A DNA stretch of 64,000 bases. It comes from an uncultured Gemmatimonadales bacterium (GTDB lineage Bacteria; Gemmatimonadota; Gemmatimonadetes; Longimicrobiales; RSA9). Both the position numbers and the translations under genes were made by a program. The notes beneath the pieces are model-generated. The model was not told where the DNA came from and did not search any database. It saw nothing but the letters and a program-made list of their open reading frames with translations. Positions within the stretch are counted from its first letter, which is position 1; the number at the start of each line of letters is the position of its first letter. Location of the stretch: the NCBI GenBank assembly GCA_963816355.1, contig CAWFKH010000005.1:340074-404073 (forward strand), given 5' to 3'. Positions 19,758 through 29,929 of this stretch are shown here, one piece after another.

Positions 19758-20483
19758 ATGGACGACGACGTGAAGAGGGGGGAGACCTTCCTCGCCGCGT
19801 TGCACGCGCGCGGCGTGCGCCGCATCCGGCACGTGCGCTTCAAGGAGAACCGGCACGTGCTGCTCTCGGTTTCGCGCGACCGCTCCACGCTGAACGCGCA
19901 CCGCTGCTTCGCACGCGCGCCGCGCTCCGTACTCGACGCGATCGCAGCCTTCCTCAAGGCGCGCCGCGGCAGCCCCGAGTACCGCGAGGCGCTCGAACGC
20001 ATCCGCTCCTGGCCGGGCGGCGTCGCCGCCATCCGGGAGACCCGGCGACGGGCGCGCGACGCCGCGATCCGGGCCGCGGCGCGCGCCGGCGCCACGCGCG
20101 ACGGCGTCGCGATGGAGGAGCACCGGCGACTGCGCTCGCTCTACCTGCGCCTCAACCGCGTCCATTTCCGCGGCCGCCTTCCCGACGACCTGCCGCTCCG
20201 CATCAGCTTCCGCATGTCGCGCCGCTTCGGCCAGGTGCAGCTCCACAACGGCGAGCGCGGCGAGCGCATCGCCCTCGAGCTCGCCGTCAACGCGGACCTG
20301 CTCCTGGCCGAGAACGAGCGCGAGCTCGTCGACACGCTGCTCCACGAGATGGCCCACGTCGAGGCGTGGATGCGCCACGGCGACCGCGGCCACGGCCCCG
20401 TGTGGAAGGCGGTCGCGCGCCGCGTCGGCTGCGAGGACAGCGCGTGCACCGCCACGCGCATCCGGCGCCGGCGTCGTCGCTAG
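19758..20483 (+). CDS. SprT-like zinc metalloprotease domain protein
   Basis: It carries HEMAHVEAWMRHGDRGHGPVW (HExxH) in a SprT-like context. The internal ATG at 19758 lies just after the ABC gene. Confidence 0.7.
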   Translation: MDDDVKRGETFLAALHARGVRRIRHVRFKENRHVLLSVSRDRSTLNAHRCFARAPRSVLDAIAAFLKARRGSPEYREALERIRSWPGGVAAIRETRRRARDAAIRAAARAGATRDGVAMEEHRRLRSLYLRLNRVHFRGRLPDDLPLRISFRMSRRFGQVQLHNGERGERIALELAVNADLLLAENERELVDTLLHEMAHVEAWMRHGDRGHGPVWKAVARRVGCEDSACTATRIRRRRRR

Positions 20484-20508
20484 GGCCGCCGCGCCGCCTT
20501 CCACGTCC

Positions 20509-20751
20509 ATGATCCTCCCCGCCCACGACCCGCTCGACGAGCGCTTCCCGCTCGGCGACGGCACGGCCGAGACGAGCGGCGCCGCCCTCTGCCCGTACTG
20601 CGGCGAAGCGGTCGAGCTCGCGCTCGATCCCGGCGGCGGCGCGGACCAGCGCTACATCGAGGACTGCCCCGTGTGCTGCCGGCCGTGGCACGTCCGCGTC
20701 CGCTACCAGGACGACGGCTCCGCCCGCGTGGAGCTCGCCCCCGAGGATTGA
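20509..20751 (+). CDS. CPXCG motif-containing cysteine-rich protein
   Basis: An 80-aa product with CPYCG...CPVCC. Confidence 0.65.
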   Translation: MILPAHDPLDERFPLGDGTAETSGAALCPYCGEAVELALDPGGGADQRYIEDCPVCCRPWHVRVRYQDDGSARVELAPED

Positions 20752-21026
20752 GCCGGCGGCGGTCGGCCGGCGGCGACCGACGGCCGCACCGGATCGTGCG
20801 GGGGCGAGCGGCCGGACACCGCCCGCGGGCCGCCCGTACCGCCGCCGCAACGCACCGTCCCGCCCTACCCCACGGCGGGCCCGCGCGTCCGCTATCTTTC
20901 CGCCCTCACGGCGCTTGCGACGGCGGCGGTTCCCGGCTATACCCTGAGCATCCGCGAGGCGCCGGGGAACCGTGCCAGACCGTCGCGGCTTCGCGATTCC
21001 GGACCCTTTCCGACGTACGACACCGA

Positions 21027-21803
21027 ATGGAGACGACCATGCATCCTACGTCCTGGACGCGATCCCTCGCGCGCGGCGCGACCATCGCCGCCCTTCTCTG
21101 CTGCGCGGCGGCGCCCGCGCGCGCCCAGATTCCGGACACCTTCGTCAATCTGAAGGTGCTGCGGAAGGACATCAGCCGGCAGGAGCTGATCGGCGTCATG
21201 CGGGGCTTCTCGCTGGGCCTGGGCGTTCGCTGCAACTTCTGCCACGTGGGTGGCGACGGCACGTCGCTGCGCGGCGTCGACTTCAAGGCGGACAGCAGCA
21301 TCCACAAGCGCAAGGCGCGCTTCATGTTGCGCATGGTCCGGATGCTCAACGACACGACGCTCGCGGGGCTCGAGGGGCGCTCCGACCCGCCGGTGCGCGT
21401 GAGCTGCGTGACGTGTCACCACGGCCAGTCGAAGCCGCGCCAGCTCGACGACGTGCTCGCCGAGACGGTCGCGCGGGCGGGGGCCGACAGCGCGATTGCG
21501 CAGTACCGCGACCTCAGGGAGCGCTACTACGGTCAGGGCGTCTTCGACTTCGGTCCGCGCAGCCTGAACGACCTGGGCGAGACGCTCGCACGCGGCGGCA
21601 AGATGGACGAGGCGATCGCGATGCTGAAGCTGAACACGGAGCAGAACCCGGACTTCATGCCCTCCTACGAGGCGATCGGCGACGTCTACCTGCTGAAGAA
21701 GGAGCCGGCGAGCGCGATCCCGTTCTACGAGAAGGCGCTCGAGTTGCAGCCGAACAACGACCGCGTCAAGGCGAAGCTGGAGCGGGTCAGGTCGGGCGGC
21801 TGA
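21027..21803 (+). CDS. c-type cytochrome (photosynthetic reaction-centre cytochrome c subunit-like) with C-terminal TPR-like region
   Basis: It has a signal peptide, two CxxCH haem motifs (CNFCH, CVTCH) and a VNLKVL...M..F...GV.C.FCH pattern. Confidence 0.7.
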   Translation: METTMHPTSWTRSLARGATIAALLCCAAAPARAQIPDTFVNLKVLRKDISRQELIGVMRGFSLGLGVRCNFCHVGGDGTSLRGVDFKADSSIHKRKARFMLRMVRMLNDTTLAGLEGRSDPPVRVSCVTCHHGQSKPRQLDDVLAETVARAGADSAIAQYRDLRERYYGQGVFDFGPRSLNDLGETLARGGKMDEAIAMLKLNTEQNPDFMPSYEAIGDVYLLKKEPASAIPFYEKALELQPNNDRVKAKLERVRSGG

Positions 21804-22764
21804 GCCACGCCGCGCCGAAGCGCCGGACGATCGCGCCGGCGCTCTCGATCGAGCGGATCGCCGCGACGCTGCGGCCGGCCTGCCAGAAGTCCTTCGTGCC
21901 GCGCGGGTCGAGCGACGCGCGCTTGAGACGCCACGCGGAGCGCAGCGCGTAGATCGTCCGCATCGCCTTCTTGCGACGGCGGCCGCGCAGCATCCAGCGC
22001 GCGAGCGGACCCGCATGCGTTCCCATCCGCTCGATGTACGGCGTGCGGATGACGGCGAGCGGCACGCCGGTGATGCGCTCGCTGAGCACGATGTCGTCCT
22101 CGGCGGCGTCGACGATGGCGCGCTTGTAGGCGTCGCTCGCCGCGCACTCCGTGGTCGCGATGAAGCGCGTGCCCATCTGGACGCCGTCGTAGCCCAGCCG
22201 TAGCGCCTCGACGAAGCCGGCCTGGTCGCCGACGCCGCCCGCGCACACGAGCGGCACGCCGAGGCCGCCCAGCTCGTCGATCAGCTCCGCGGCGCTCTTC
22301 GGCCCGGCGTGGCCGCCCGCGCGGCGGTTCACCGCGATCAGGCCGTCCGCGCCGGCCTCGAGCCCCTTCTCCGCCCACTTCCGCTCCGTTACGTCGTGAT
22401 AGACGACGCCGCCGACCGCGTGCACGGCGTCGGCGACCCAGCGCGGCTTGCCCAGCGATGTGACGAAGAAGCGGACGCCCTCCTCGAGCGCGACGTCGAC
22501 ATAGGCGACCATGCGCTCGTGGTAGCGGCGCGAGGAGGACTCGATCAGCGCGTTCATGCCGATCGGCTTCGTCGTCAGGGAGCGGATGCGGCGCAGCCCG
22601 TCGCGCAGGTCGTAGCCGTAGACGTACGTAAGGCTGACCGGCTGCACGACGCCGATGCCGCCCGCCTCCGACACCGCGGCGACCAGCTCCGGGTTGCTGC
22701 ACGGGAACATCGCGCCGCAGACGAGCGGGATCTCGATGCCCGCATCGCGGGTGAGGCGGGTCAC
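21787..22764 (-). CDS. nitronate monooxygenase (NMO/2-nitropropane dioxygenase family)
   Basis: A 325-aa TIM-barrel FMN enzyme with motifs (GAMFPCSNPELVAAVSEAGGIGV...GG.G...). It overlaps the cytochrome gene by about 17 nt in convergent orientation. Confidence 0.85.
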   Translation of the reverse strand: MTRLTRDAGIEIPLVCGAMFPCSNPELVAAVSEAGGIGVVQPVSLTYVYGYDLRDGLRRIRSLTTKPIGMNALIESSSRRYHERMVAYVDVALEEGVRFFVTSLGKPRWVADAVHAVGGVVYHDVTERKWAEKGLEAGADGLIAVNRRAGGHAGPKSAAELIDELGGLGVPLVCAGGVGDQAGFVEALRLGYDGVQMGTRFIATTECAASDAYKRAIVDAAEDDIVLSERITGVPLAVIRTPYIERMGTHAGPLARWMLRGRRRKKAMRTIYALRSAWRLKRASLDPRGTKDFWQAGRSVAAIRSIESAGAIVRRFGAAWLSRPT

Positions 22765-22776
22765 GCGCGCCGCCTC

Positions 22777-24918
22777 CTAGCGGCTGCCATCGGCCCGCAG
22801 CTTCTCCGCGCCGCCCTGCCGCAGCATGCGGTCGAAGAAGTCGGCGGCGGCGTGGTACGCGGCCAGCCAGCTCCGCTCCAGCAGGAAGTCGTGGACCTCG
22901 TCCGGGAAGACGAGCTCCTCGAAGTGGACGCCGCGCCGGCGGAGCGCCTCCGCCAGATCGACGGTTTCGCTGAACGGCACGTTGCGGTCGTCGTCGCCCT
23001 GGATCAGCAGCACCGGCGAGCGCCAGCGGTCGACCGCCGCGAGCGGCGAAGACTCGAAGGCGAGCTTCGCCACGTCGGCACGCGCGGCCGCGTCGTAGCC
23101 GGAAGCGAAGTTGCGGATCACGACGTTCCAGTCGTGGACGCCGTGCAGGTCGACGCCCGCGGCGAAGAGGTCGGAGGCGCGCGCCAGGCCGAGCGCGGTC
23201 AGGTAGCCGCCGTACGAGCCGCCCCACAGCCCGATGCCGTCGGGGTCGACGTCGTCGCGCGAGCGCAGGTAGAGGCCGGCGCCCTGCACGTCGCGGTACT
23301 CGCTGGCGCCGCGCGCGCCGTAGTCGAGCGCCTCGCGGAAGTCGAGGCCGTAGCCGATGCCGCTGCGGTAGTTCACGGCCAGCACGATGTAGCCGCGGCT
23401 GGCGAGGTACTGATTCATCGCGTACGCGTTGTGATAGTAGTACATGTAGTGGAAGCCGAGCAGCATCTGGCGCCGCGAGCCGCCGTGGAAGAAGACGACG
23501 GCCGGCCGCTTCTCCCCCGGCTTGATTCCCTTCGGCAGGAAGAGCTGCGCGTGGATGCGCACGCCGTCGGAGGCGGAGAAGACGACCGGCCGCGGGGCCA
23601 CCAGGTCGGCGCTCGGGAAGTCCGCGGGGGGCCCCGAGATCGCGCGCCGCCCGCCGCCGGCGAGCACCTCCGCGTGCGCCGGCGTGCGCGGACCCGAGGC
23701 GAGGAAGACGACGTCGTCGTCCGCAGCGACCGGTGACCACTCCAGCCCCTCTCCGCTCGTCAGCGCGCGCGGCGCGGCATCGCCGGCGCTGGACACGCGC
23801 CACAGGTGGCGGCGGTCGATGTCGCCCTGGTTCGAGGAGAAGAGGAAGCCGCGCTGGTCGGACGTGAGCGCGACGTGCTGGATCTCGAAGTCGCCGGGCG
23901 TCAGGTCCACCGCCGCGCCGCCCACCGCCGGGACCGACCAGAGGTGGAGCCAGCCGGTCTTCTCCCACGGGAACGCGATGCGGCCGTCCGCCGTCCAGAA
24001 GATGCGGCCGCCCTCGTCGTTCGACGCGAAGGCGCTGCCCGGTCCCTCGTCCGCCTTCCAGATCGCGTGGCCCTCGCCGCTCGCGGGGTCCGCGACCACG
24101 ATCGACCACGGCAGCGCCGTTCGCCGCGCGATGAACGGCAGCGGCGCCTTCTCGTTCGGCACGCGGACGAACGCGACGCGCCGGCCGTCCGGCGACCACA
24201 CGGGGGCGCGATCGTGGTCCGTGCTCGGCGCCATGTAGCGCACGCGCTTCGCCGCGAGATCGTAGACGCCGACGAAGCCGTGGTCGCCGCGCCGGCTGGC
24301 GAAGGCGAGCCGGGCGCCGTCCGGCGACCAGGCGAGATCGCCCGCGGAGCCGCGGATGGTGAGGAGCTGCTTCGCGGCCGCCGAGCCGTCGAGCGGCGCC
24401 GTCCAGATCTGGCCGCGGCGCACCAAGGCGACCACGTCGCCTCCCGGCGACACCGCCAGCTCGCGGCCCTCGCCCAGCTTCTTCGGCGCGCCGCCGTCCA
24501 GGCGGACCACCCACACCGCCTGCTCCGGCCACTCGGGATCGCTCGTCGGATTCGGGATCTCGCCCGCGCGGTTCGCGTTGCCGCCGCGCACGTAGACGAC
24601 GGCGTCGCCGCCTGGCGTGAGTGCCGGCTCGGTGAGCTCCTGGCCGTCGTCCCGGTCGTAGGCGGTGACGCGCCGCGGCTTCCACTCCGGCGCCGAGGCC
24701 ACCCACACGTTCCGCATGCCGCGGTCGTCGCGGACCCACACCACCGCGCGGCCGTCCGCCGACGCCGTCAGGTCCGTGGGGAACGGGTCGCTCAGGACCT
24801 GCTCCAGCGTGAAGGCCTGCGCCAGCGCGGGCGCGGGGGCGATCGCCGCCACCGTCCAGATGGACGCGGCGGCGATGGCCGCGGCGGTCGCGGCGGTGGA
24901 TCTGCGGGGATCCGTCAT
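22777..24918 (-). CDS. S9-family peptidase (beta-propeller + prolyl oligopeptidase/acylaminoacyl-peptidase catalytic domain)
   Basis: ORF 22777..24990 has an internal start MTDPRRSTAATAAAIAAASIWTVAAIAPAPALA (signal). It contains TolB-like WSPDG repeats and a catalytic GGSYGGY...D...H triad. Confidence 0.85.
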   Translation of the reverse strand: MTDPRRSTAATAAAIAAASIWTVAAIAPAPALAQAFTLEQVLSDPFPTDLTASADGRAVVWVRDDRGMRNVWVASAPEWKPRRVTAYDRDDGQELTEPALTPGGDAVVYVRGGNANRAGEIPNPTSDPEWPEQAVWVVRLDGGAPKKLGEGRELAVSPGGDVVALVRRGQIWTAPLDGSAAAKQLLTIRGSAGDLAWSPDGARLAFASRRGDHGFVGVYDLAAKRVRYMAPSTDHDRAPVWSPDGRRVAFVRVPNEKAPLPFIARRTALPWSIVVADPASGEGHAIWKADEGPGSAFASNDEGGRIFWTADGRIAFPWEKTGWLHLWSVPAVGGAAVDLTPGDFEIQHVALTSDQRGFLFSSNQGDIDRRHLWRVSSAGDAAPRALTSGEGLEWSPVAADDDVVFLASGPRTPAHAEVLAGGGRRAISGPPADFPSADLVAPRPVVFSASDGVRIHAQLFLPKGIKPGEKRPAVVFFHGGSRRQMLLGFHYMYYYHNAYAMNQYLASRGYIVLAVNYRSGIGYGLDFREALDYGARGASEYRDVQGAGLYLRSRDDVDPDGIGLWGGSYGGYLTALGLARASDLFAAGVDLHGVHDWNVVIRNFASGYDAAARADVAKLAFESSPLAAVDRWRSPVLLIQGDDDRNVPFSETVDLAEALRRRGVHFEELVFPDEVHDFLLERSWLAAYHAAADFFDRMLRQGGAEKLRADGSR

Positions 24919-25073
24919 GGCCACTCTCCGTCTTGATTCGCGTGGAGGACGCGGGTAATCTGGACCCGCGGCGACGGCGCGCGCCAGCACGGCGCGGCGC
25001 GGCCCGCACCGCGGCGGCGGCGCCGCGCGGCTGCTCCCCTCCCCCTGCGACGTCCCTCGCTGGCACGAAGCCG

Positions 25074-26144
25074 ATGACGAGAACCACGCTGCTCGCCCTC
25101 CTCCTCGCGGTGCCGGTCGCCGCGAGCGCGCAGACGCGGCGCGACACGGAGCTGCGGAGCCTCGTCGCGCGACTGCTGCCGGTGGTCGAGCGCGTGAGCG
25201 GACTCGAGGCGCGACGCCCGATCCACGCGTCGTGGCGCTCGCGAGCGCAGCTCGCGGTCTTCCTGCGCGCGAGCATCGAGGAGCACCTGGAGGACGAGAT
25301 CGAGCCGCAGGAAGCGGCGTTCCGCGCGCTCGGCCTGCTGCCGGACACGTTCACCGTCGCGGCCTCCGCGGTCGACATCGACACGACCGCCCTCGCGGGC
25401 TACTACGACCCGAAGACCGACACGCTATACGTCATCGAGGGGGGCCCGCTCGCGACGCTCCACCAGGTGGTGGCCCACGAGATGACGCACGCGATCCAGG
25501 ACCAGAACTTCCACCTCGACTCGCTCCTCGCCCACGCCTCCGACGACGACCACTCCCTCGCCGTGCGCGCCGCCGTCGAGGGACACGCGCTCGTCACCGG
25601 CGTCCTCGTCGACCTCGGGGAACGGCTGCACCGGCCGGTCGACGCCTCGGAGCTGATCGGCCTCAGCGCGATGATGGGGATGGTCCCGGCCGTCCCCGCC
25701 GCCATGCGCGAATCCGTGCCGCGCATCGTCCGCGAGACGATGGTCTTTCCCTACATCGCCGGCGGCGGCTACGTCCAGACGCTTCGGGCGCACGCCGTGG
25801 AGGTGAACACACTCGGCCAGTTCCAGCTCTCCGTCCTGCTGATGGAGCACCTCGGGCTGCAGTCCGAGGCGCTCGCCGACGGCTGGGGCGGCGATCGCTA
25901 TGTGTTGCTCACCGACGGCGCCCGGCACGCGCTCGTCTGGTACGTCGTCTGGGACGACGGCCACTCCGCCTTCCGCTTCGCGCGCGCCTACCAGCGCATC
26001 CTCGCCCGGCGTCACCGCGCCGGCGCCGCCGAGGAGGTCACCATCGACGGCCATCCCGGCGTGCGCATCGTCGACGCCGACGCGGGTGTCGATCCGGCCA
26101 CCCTGCCGCCGCTCGCCGCCCACGCGCTCGCCCCCTCGCGATGA
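25074..26144 (+). CDS. putative secreted zinc-dependent peptidase (HExxH)
   Basis: It starts with signal peptide MTRTTLLALLLAVPVAASAQT and carries VVAHEMTHAIQDQ. Confidence 0.6.
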   Translation: MTRTTLLALLLAVPVAASAQTRRDTELRSLVARLLPVVERVSGLEARRPIHASWRSRAQLAVFLRASIEEHLEDEIEPQEAAFRALGLLPDTFTVAASAVDIDTTALAGYYDPKTDTLYVIEGGPLATLHQVVAHEMTHAIQDQNFHLDSLLAHASDDDHSLAVRAAVEGHALVTGVLVDLGERLHRPVDASELIGLSAMMGMVPAVPAAMRESVPRIVRETMVFPYIAGGGYVQTLRAHAVEVNTLGQFQLSVLLMEHLGLQSEALADGWGGDRYVLLTDGARHALVWYVVWDDGHSAFRFARAYQRILARRHRAGAAEEVTIDGHPGVRIVDADAGVDPATLPPLAAHALAPSR

Positions 26145-26834
26145 TCGAGCTGATCGGGATCGACGCCGACGACACGCTCTGGCACAACGAGCCGCTCTTC
26201 ACCGACACGCAGGCGCGTTTCCGCGCGCTGCTGTCGCGCTACGTCGAGCCCCCGATCATTGAGCAGCGCCTCTTCGAGACCGAGACCCGCAACCTCGCCC
26301 ATTTCGGCTACGGCGTGAAAGCGTTCACGCTGTCGATGATCGAGACCGCGGTCGAGCTGACCGACGGCGCCGTCACGGCGCGCGAGATCGGCGAGGTGCT
26401 GCGGCTGGGACGCCAGAATGCTGATGGCGCCCGTGCGGCTGATCGACGGCGTCGCCGAAACGGTGGCCGAGATCGCCCACGACCACACGCTCGCGCTGAT
26501 CACGAAGGGGGACCTGCTCGATCAGGAGACGAAGCTCGCGCGCTCCGGACTCGGCGACCACTTCGCGCACCTCGAGGTCGTCTCGCGCAAGGACCGCGGC
26601 ACGTACGAGCGGATCCTCGACGCGCACGGCGTCCCGCCCGCCGCGTTCGTCATGGTGGGCAATTCGATCCGCTCCGACATCCTGCCGGTGCTCGAGACCG
26701 GCGCCGCCGCCGTCCACATCCCGTACCCGGAGACGTGGGCGCACGAGGAGGTGCCGGCGCACGCGGTGCGGGAGCGCAGCTTCCTGACCATCGAGGACTT
26801 CCGGGAGCTGCCGCGGGTGCTGCGCGAGATGTGA
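26141..26834 (+). CDS. HAD-family hydrolase (apparent frameshift near 26420)
   Basis: The N-terminus MIELIGIDADDTLWHN (DxDxT) is in one frame up to about 26420. The C-terminus (ORF 26418..26834, ...ALITKGDL...VMVGNSIRSDILPV...) is in a second frame. Confidence 0.6.
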
Positions 26835-26861
26835 GGGGCGGCGGGCACCCGCGACGCGCCG

Positions 26862-27581
26862 TCAGCCGTCGCGCGGCGGCGCCACCCCCTCGACCGCCTC
26901 GCCGGCAATGTGCGGCGCGACGACCGGCGCGGCGACCCGGAAGCGGGCGATCTCGACCCGCGAGAACCCCGCCGCCTCGATCGCTCCCGCGGTCTCACGG
27001 TCCGGCTCGCAGCCATCCGCGGCGATGCGCCACAGCGGCCGGATCCAACGCTGCAGCCGCCGCAGACCGCTGCCGCGCGGCGCCGCCACGTGCTCGACGA
27101 AGACGAAGCGGCCGCCCGGCCGCAGCACCCGCCGCACCTCGCGCAGCGCCGCCCGCGGGTCCCGCACGCTGCACAGGACGAGCGTCATGACGACGGCGTC
27201 CGCGAAATGGTCCGGCAGCGGCAGCGCCTCGGCGACGCCGCGACGCACTTCCACATCGATCCCCATCCGCGCCGCTTCCCGCCGCAGCCCCCGCTCCATG
27301 AACGGGTTCGGCTCGACGCCGATCCAGGCGACATCGCTCGCGTAGTAGCGGAGGTTCGCGCCGATGCCCGGGCCCACTTCGACGATGCGGCCGCGCAGCC
27401 CGCCCAGCAGCGCCCGTTTGCGCGGCTCGACCTCGCGCTCGTACGCCTCGGTCGTGCGCGCCAGCAGCCACGCCTGCAGCCGGCGGTACCAGCCGAAACG
27501 GCCCAGCAGGGCGGCGCCTCCACCTGCCCCCGACGCCCGGGGATGCCGCCCCGCCCCGTTCACGTCGCCGCCCATCCGCAC
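26862..27581 (-). CDS. class I SAM-dependent methyltransferase
   Basis: It has the motifs VEVGPGIGANLRYY, LRPGGRFVFVEH. Confidence 0.75.
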   Translation of the reverse strand: MRMGGDVNGAGRHPRASGAGGGAALLGRFGWYRRLQAWLLARTTEAYEREVEPRKRALLGGLRGRIVEVGPGIGANLRYYASDVAWIGVEPNPFMERGLRREAARMGIDVEVRRGVAEALPLPDHFADAVVMTLVLCSVRDPRAALREVRRVLRPGGRFVFVEHVAAPRGSGLRRLQRWIRPLWRIAADGCEPDRETAGAIEAAGFSRVEIARFRVAAPVVAPHIAGEAVEGVAPPRDG

Positions 27582-27676
27582 GCCCCTGTCACGGGTGGTG
27601 CCGCGCCGGGCGGCCGCCTATGTTGGCCGCGCGTGCGACGTCGTACGCGAGCCGTTCCGCCCGACCAGGAGACGCG

Positions 27677-28150
27677 ATGCCCAACCGCACCGCCCGATTC
27701 GACACGACCGAAGGCAGCTTCGCCGTCGAGCTCTTCGAGGAGCGCGCACCGAAGACGACCGGCAACTTCGTCAAGCTCGCCGAGGAGGGCTTCTACGACG
27801 GCACGATCTTCCACCGCGTGATCGACGGCTTCATGATCCAGGGCGGCGACCCGACCGGCACCGGCCGCGGCGGGCCCGGCTACTCCATCCCCGACGAGTT
27901 CCACCCGGAGCTGCGCCACGCCGCCGAGGGCGTGCTCTCCATGGCGAACGCCGGCCCGAACACCGGAGGCTCCCAGTTCTTCGTCACCCTCGCCGCCACG
28001 CCGTGGCTCGACGACCGCCACGCCGTCTTCGGAAGGGTGAGCGAAGGGATGGACGTCGTGCATCGCATCGGGAAGGTGGCGACCGGCCGCGGCGACCGGC
28101 CCGTCGAGGAGGTCCGCATCGAGTCGATCACCGTCGCGCCCGCGCAGTAG
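27677..28150 (+). CDS. peptidyl-prolyl cis-trans isomerase, cyclophilin type
   Basis: It matches the cyclophilin pattern FHRVIDGFMIQGGDPTGTGRGGPGY...SMANAGPNTGGSQFF. The start ATG at 27677 was verified in frame. Confidence 0.9.
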   Translation: MPNRTARFDTTEGSFAVELFEERAPKTTGNFVKLAEEGFYDGTIFHRVIDGFMIQGGDPTGTGRGGPGYSIPDEFHPELRHAAEGVLSMANAGPNTGGSQFFVTLAATPWLDDRHAVFGRVSEGMDVVHRIGKVATGRGDRPVEEVRIESITVAPAQ

Positions 28151-28159
28151 CCGCGCGCT

Positions 28160-29524
28160 CTACAGCTTCACGACGTTCTCCGCCTCCGGTCCCTTGCGCG
28201 CGTCGACCCGCGTGAACTCGACGCGGTCGCCCTCGTCCAGCGTGCGGAAGCCCTCGCCGACGATCGCCGTGTAGTGGACGAAGCAATCGTCACCGCCATC
28301 CTCGGGGGTGACGAAGCCGAACCCCTTCGAGTCGCTGAACCACTTGACCGTTCCGCCGATCCGCGGCCCGGCGGCGGCGGCGGTCGCGGCGTCCGACGCG
28401 GTCTGCCGCACGCGCGGCCCTTCCCCCGCGTCGGATCCCTTCGACGACGCCGGCGCCGATTCCGCTTCGCCGCCCGAGCGCCCGCTATCCGAACGCCCGC
28501 CGCCCGAACGCCCGCCGCCCGAACGCCCGCCGCCCGAACGCCGGCCGCCACCGCGCCCGCCACCGCCCGTGCCATCGCCGCCACCGCGCCCGCCACGGGC
28601 GTCGCCATCGCCACCGTCGGTGCCGCCGCCGCGCCCGCCGCGGGCGCTGCCGGCGCCGGCCATCTCGGGCGACGACGTCGCCTCGATCCACTCCGGGCGC
28701 TGCGCGGCCCGCCGCGCCAGCTCGCCCACCGCGTCGCTCCGGGCGGAGGCGATGATCACCGTCTGGCGCGACGCCGGCAGCGCCGCCAGGACGGGATCGA
28801 GATCGCGGGCGGAGGAGCCGAGGCGATCCGCGTCGTCGACGACGAGCACCTCGACCTCGGTCAGGTCGAGGTCGCCCGAGCCGAGGAGCTCGGCGGCGCG
28901 CGTCGGCGTGGTCACCAGCAGATCGAAGCCCGCGCGCAGGTCGCGGAGCTGACGCTCCGGCGGCACCCCCGCGTGCAGGAGGCCGATCCACAGGTGCGTC
29001 TCGCCGGCGAGGGCCTCCGCTTCAGCGCCCACGGCGGCGACGGCGGCGTCGCCCGGGCAGAGGATCAGCGTGCGCAGCCCCTCCCTCCCGACCTGCCGCT
29101 CCACGACCGGCAGCATGTAGGCGCCGGTCTTGCCGGCGCCGGCGGGCGCGATGACCACGACGTCGTGGCCAGCGCCGATCTGCGGCGTGGCCGCCGACTG
29201 CACCGGCGTCGGCCGCGACCACCCGCGCGCCTCGAGCGCCTCACGCAGCGGCGCTGACGACGTCAGCTCCTCGAAGCTGCGGCGCTGCGGTACGCGCGGC
29301 GCTTCCGACTCCGGCGGCGTCGCGGTCCGCAGCTTCGGCGCCGCCGCCCCGGCCGCGCCGCGCCGCCGCCGGAGGAGCGCATACAGCACGGCCGCGCCCA
29401 CGAAGGCGACGACGACGAGCGTCCAGATCAGCGGCTGCCAGCCGAAACTATCCAAGGGCTCCCTTCCGCTCCCTTCCCAACGGACCGCATGCTCGTAACG
29501 ATCCGCACCTCCGCGAGGCATCAT
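28160..29524 (-). CDS. membrane-anchored DEAD-box helicase domain-1-like / RGG-rich / cold-shock domain protein
   Basis: It has an N-terminal TM helix ([23 protein letters not shown]), then the Q motif, Walker A (AGAGKTGAY), TPTR, VVDDAD and SAR, with no helicase domain 2. A (GGRGG)n linker follows, then a C-terminal CspA-like domain ([31 protein letters not shown]). A TTG at about 29455, preceded by AAGGGAG, is an alternative start. Confidence 0.7.
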   Translation of the reverse strand: MMPRGGADRYEHAVRWEGSGREPLDSFGWQPLIWTLVVVAFVGAAVLYALLRRRRGAAGAAAPKLRTATPPESEAPRVPQRRSFEELTSSAPLREALEARGWSRPTPVQSAATPQIGAGHDVVVIAPAGAGKTGAYMLPVVERQVGREGLRTLILCPGDAAVAAVGAEAEALAGETHLWIGLLHAGVPPERQLRDLRAGFDLLVTTPTRAAELLGSGDLDLTEVEVLVVDDADRLGSSARDLDPVLAALPASRQTVIIASARSDAVGELARRAAQRPEWIEATSSPEMAGAGSARGGRGGGTDGGDGDARGGRGGGDGTGGGGRGGGRRSGGGRSGGGRSGGGRSDSGRSGGEAESAPASSKGSDAGEGPRVRQTASDAATAAAAGPRIGGTVKWFSDSKGFGFVTPEDGGDDCFVHYTAIVGEGFRTLDEGDRVEFTRVDARKGPEAENVVKL

Positions 29525-29677
29525 TCTGGACGGCGCCGACGACGACTGTCAAGCGAGGAGGCCGGCACGCCATCGCGCGCCGGCCTCTCGCATTGTCCCG
29601 GACGTCGGCCCGGGAGCCGATCGGCCGGCGCTACGCCCGGCCGGTCGCGTCGCGGCCACCGAGCCGCGGCGAGCGCC

Positions 29678-29866
29678 TCAGTGGCGCAGCAGGAACCAGG
29701 CACCCACCGGCACCGCGAGCGCGGCCGCGGCGAGACCGGCCGTCTGCGTCCGGCTCAGGTTGTGGTACGCCGTATAGGCGACCGCCCCCTTCACGGGATG
29801 CTTCAACATGAACGTCGCCTTCGGCGCCTTCGTGTATCCGATCAAGGTCCCGATCTTCCTCAACAT
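29678..29866 (-). CDS. hypothetical small membrane protein (62 aa)
   Basis: It sits in a lower-GC stretch, with GGAGG 2-3 nt upstream of the ATG. The sequence MLRKIGTLIGYTKAPKATFMLKHPVKGAVAYTAYHNLSRTQTAGLAAAALAVPVGAWFLLRH has a C-terminal TM segment. Confidence 0.3.
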   Translation of the reverse strand: MLRKIGTLIGYTKAPKATFMLKHPVKGAVAYTAYHNLSRTQTAGLAAAALAVPVGAWFLLRH

Positions 29867-29929
29867 GCGCTATCCTCCCGGTCAACGGACACCAGATTGT
29901 GATGGGATGCAATGCAAGGGACGCGCCGG

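Noticed and set aside
21787-21803. The 17-nt convergent overlap between the cytochrome c gene and the nitronate monooxygenase gene
   Set aside because: It is more likely a slightly mis-set stop or start call, or a tolerated overlap, than a feature of interest.
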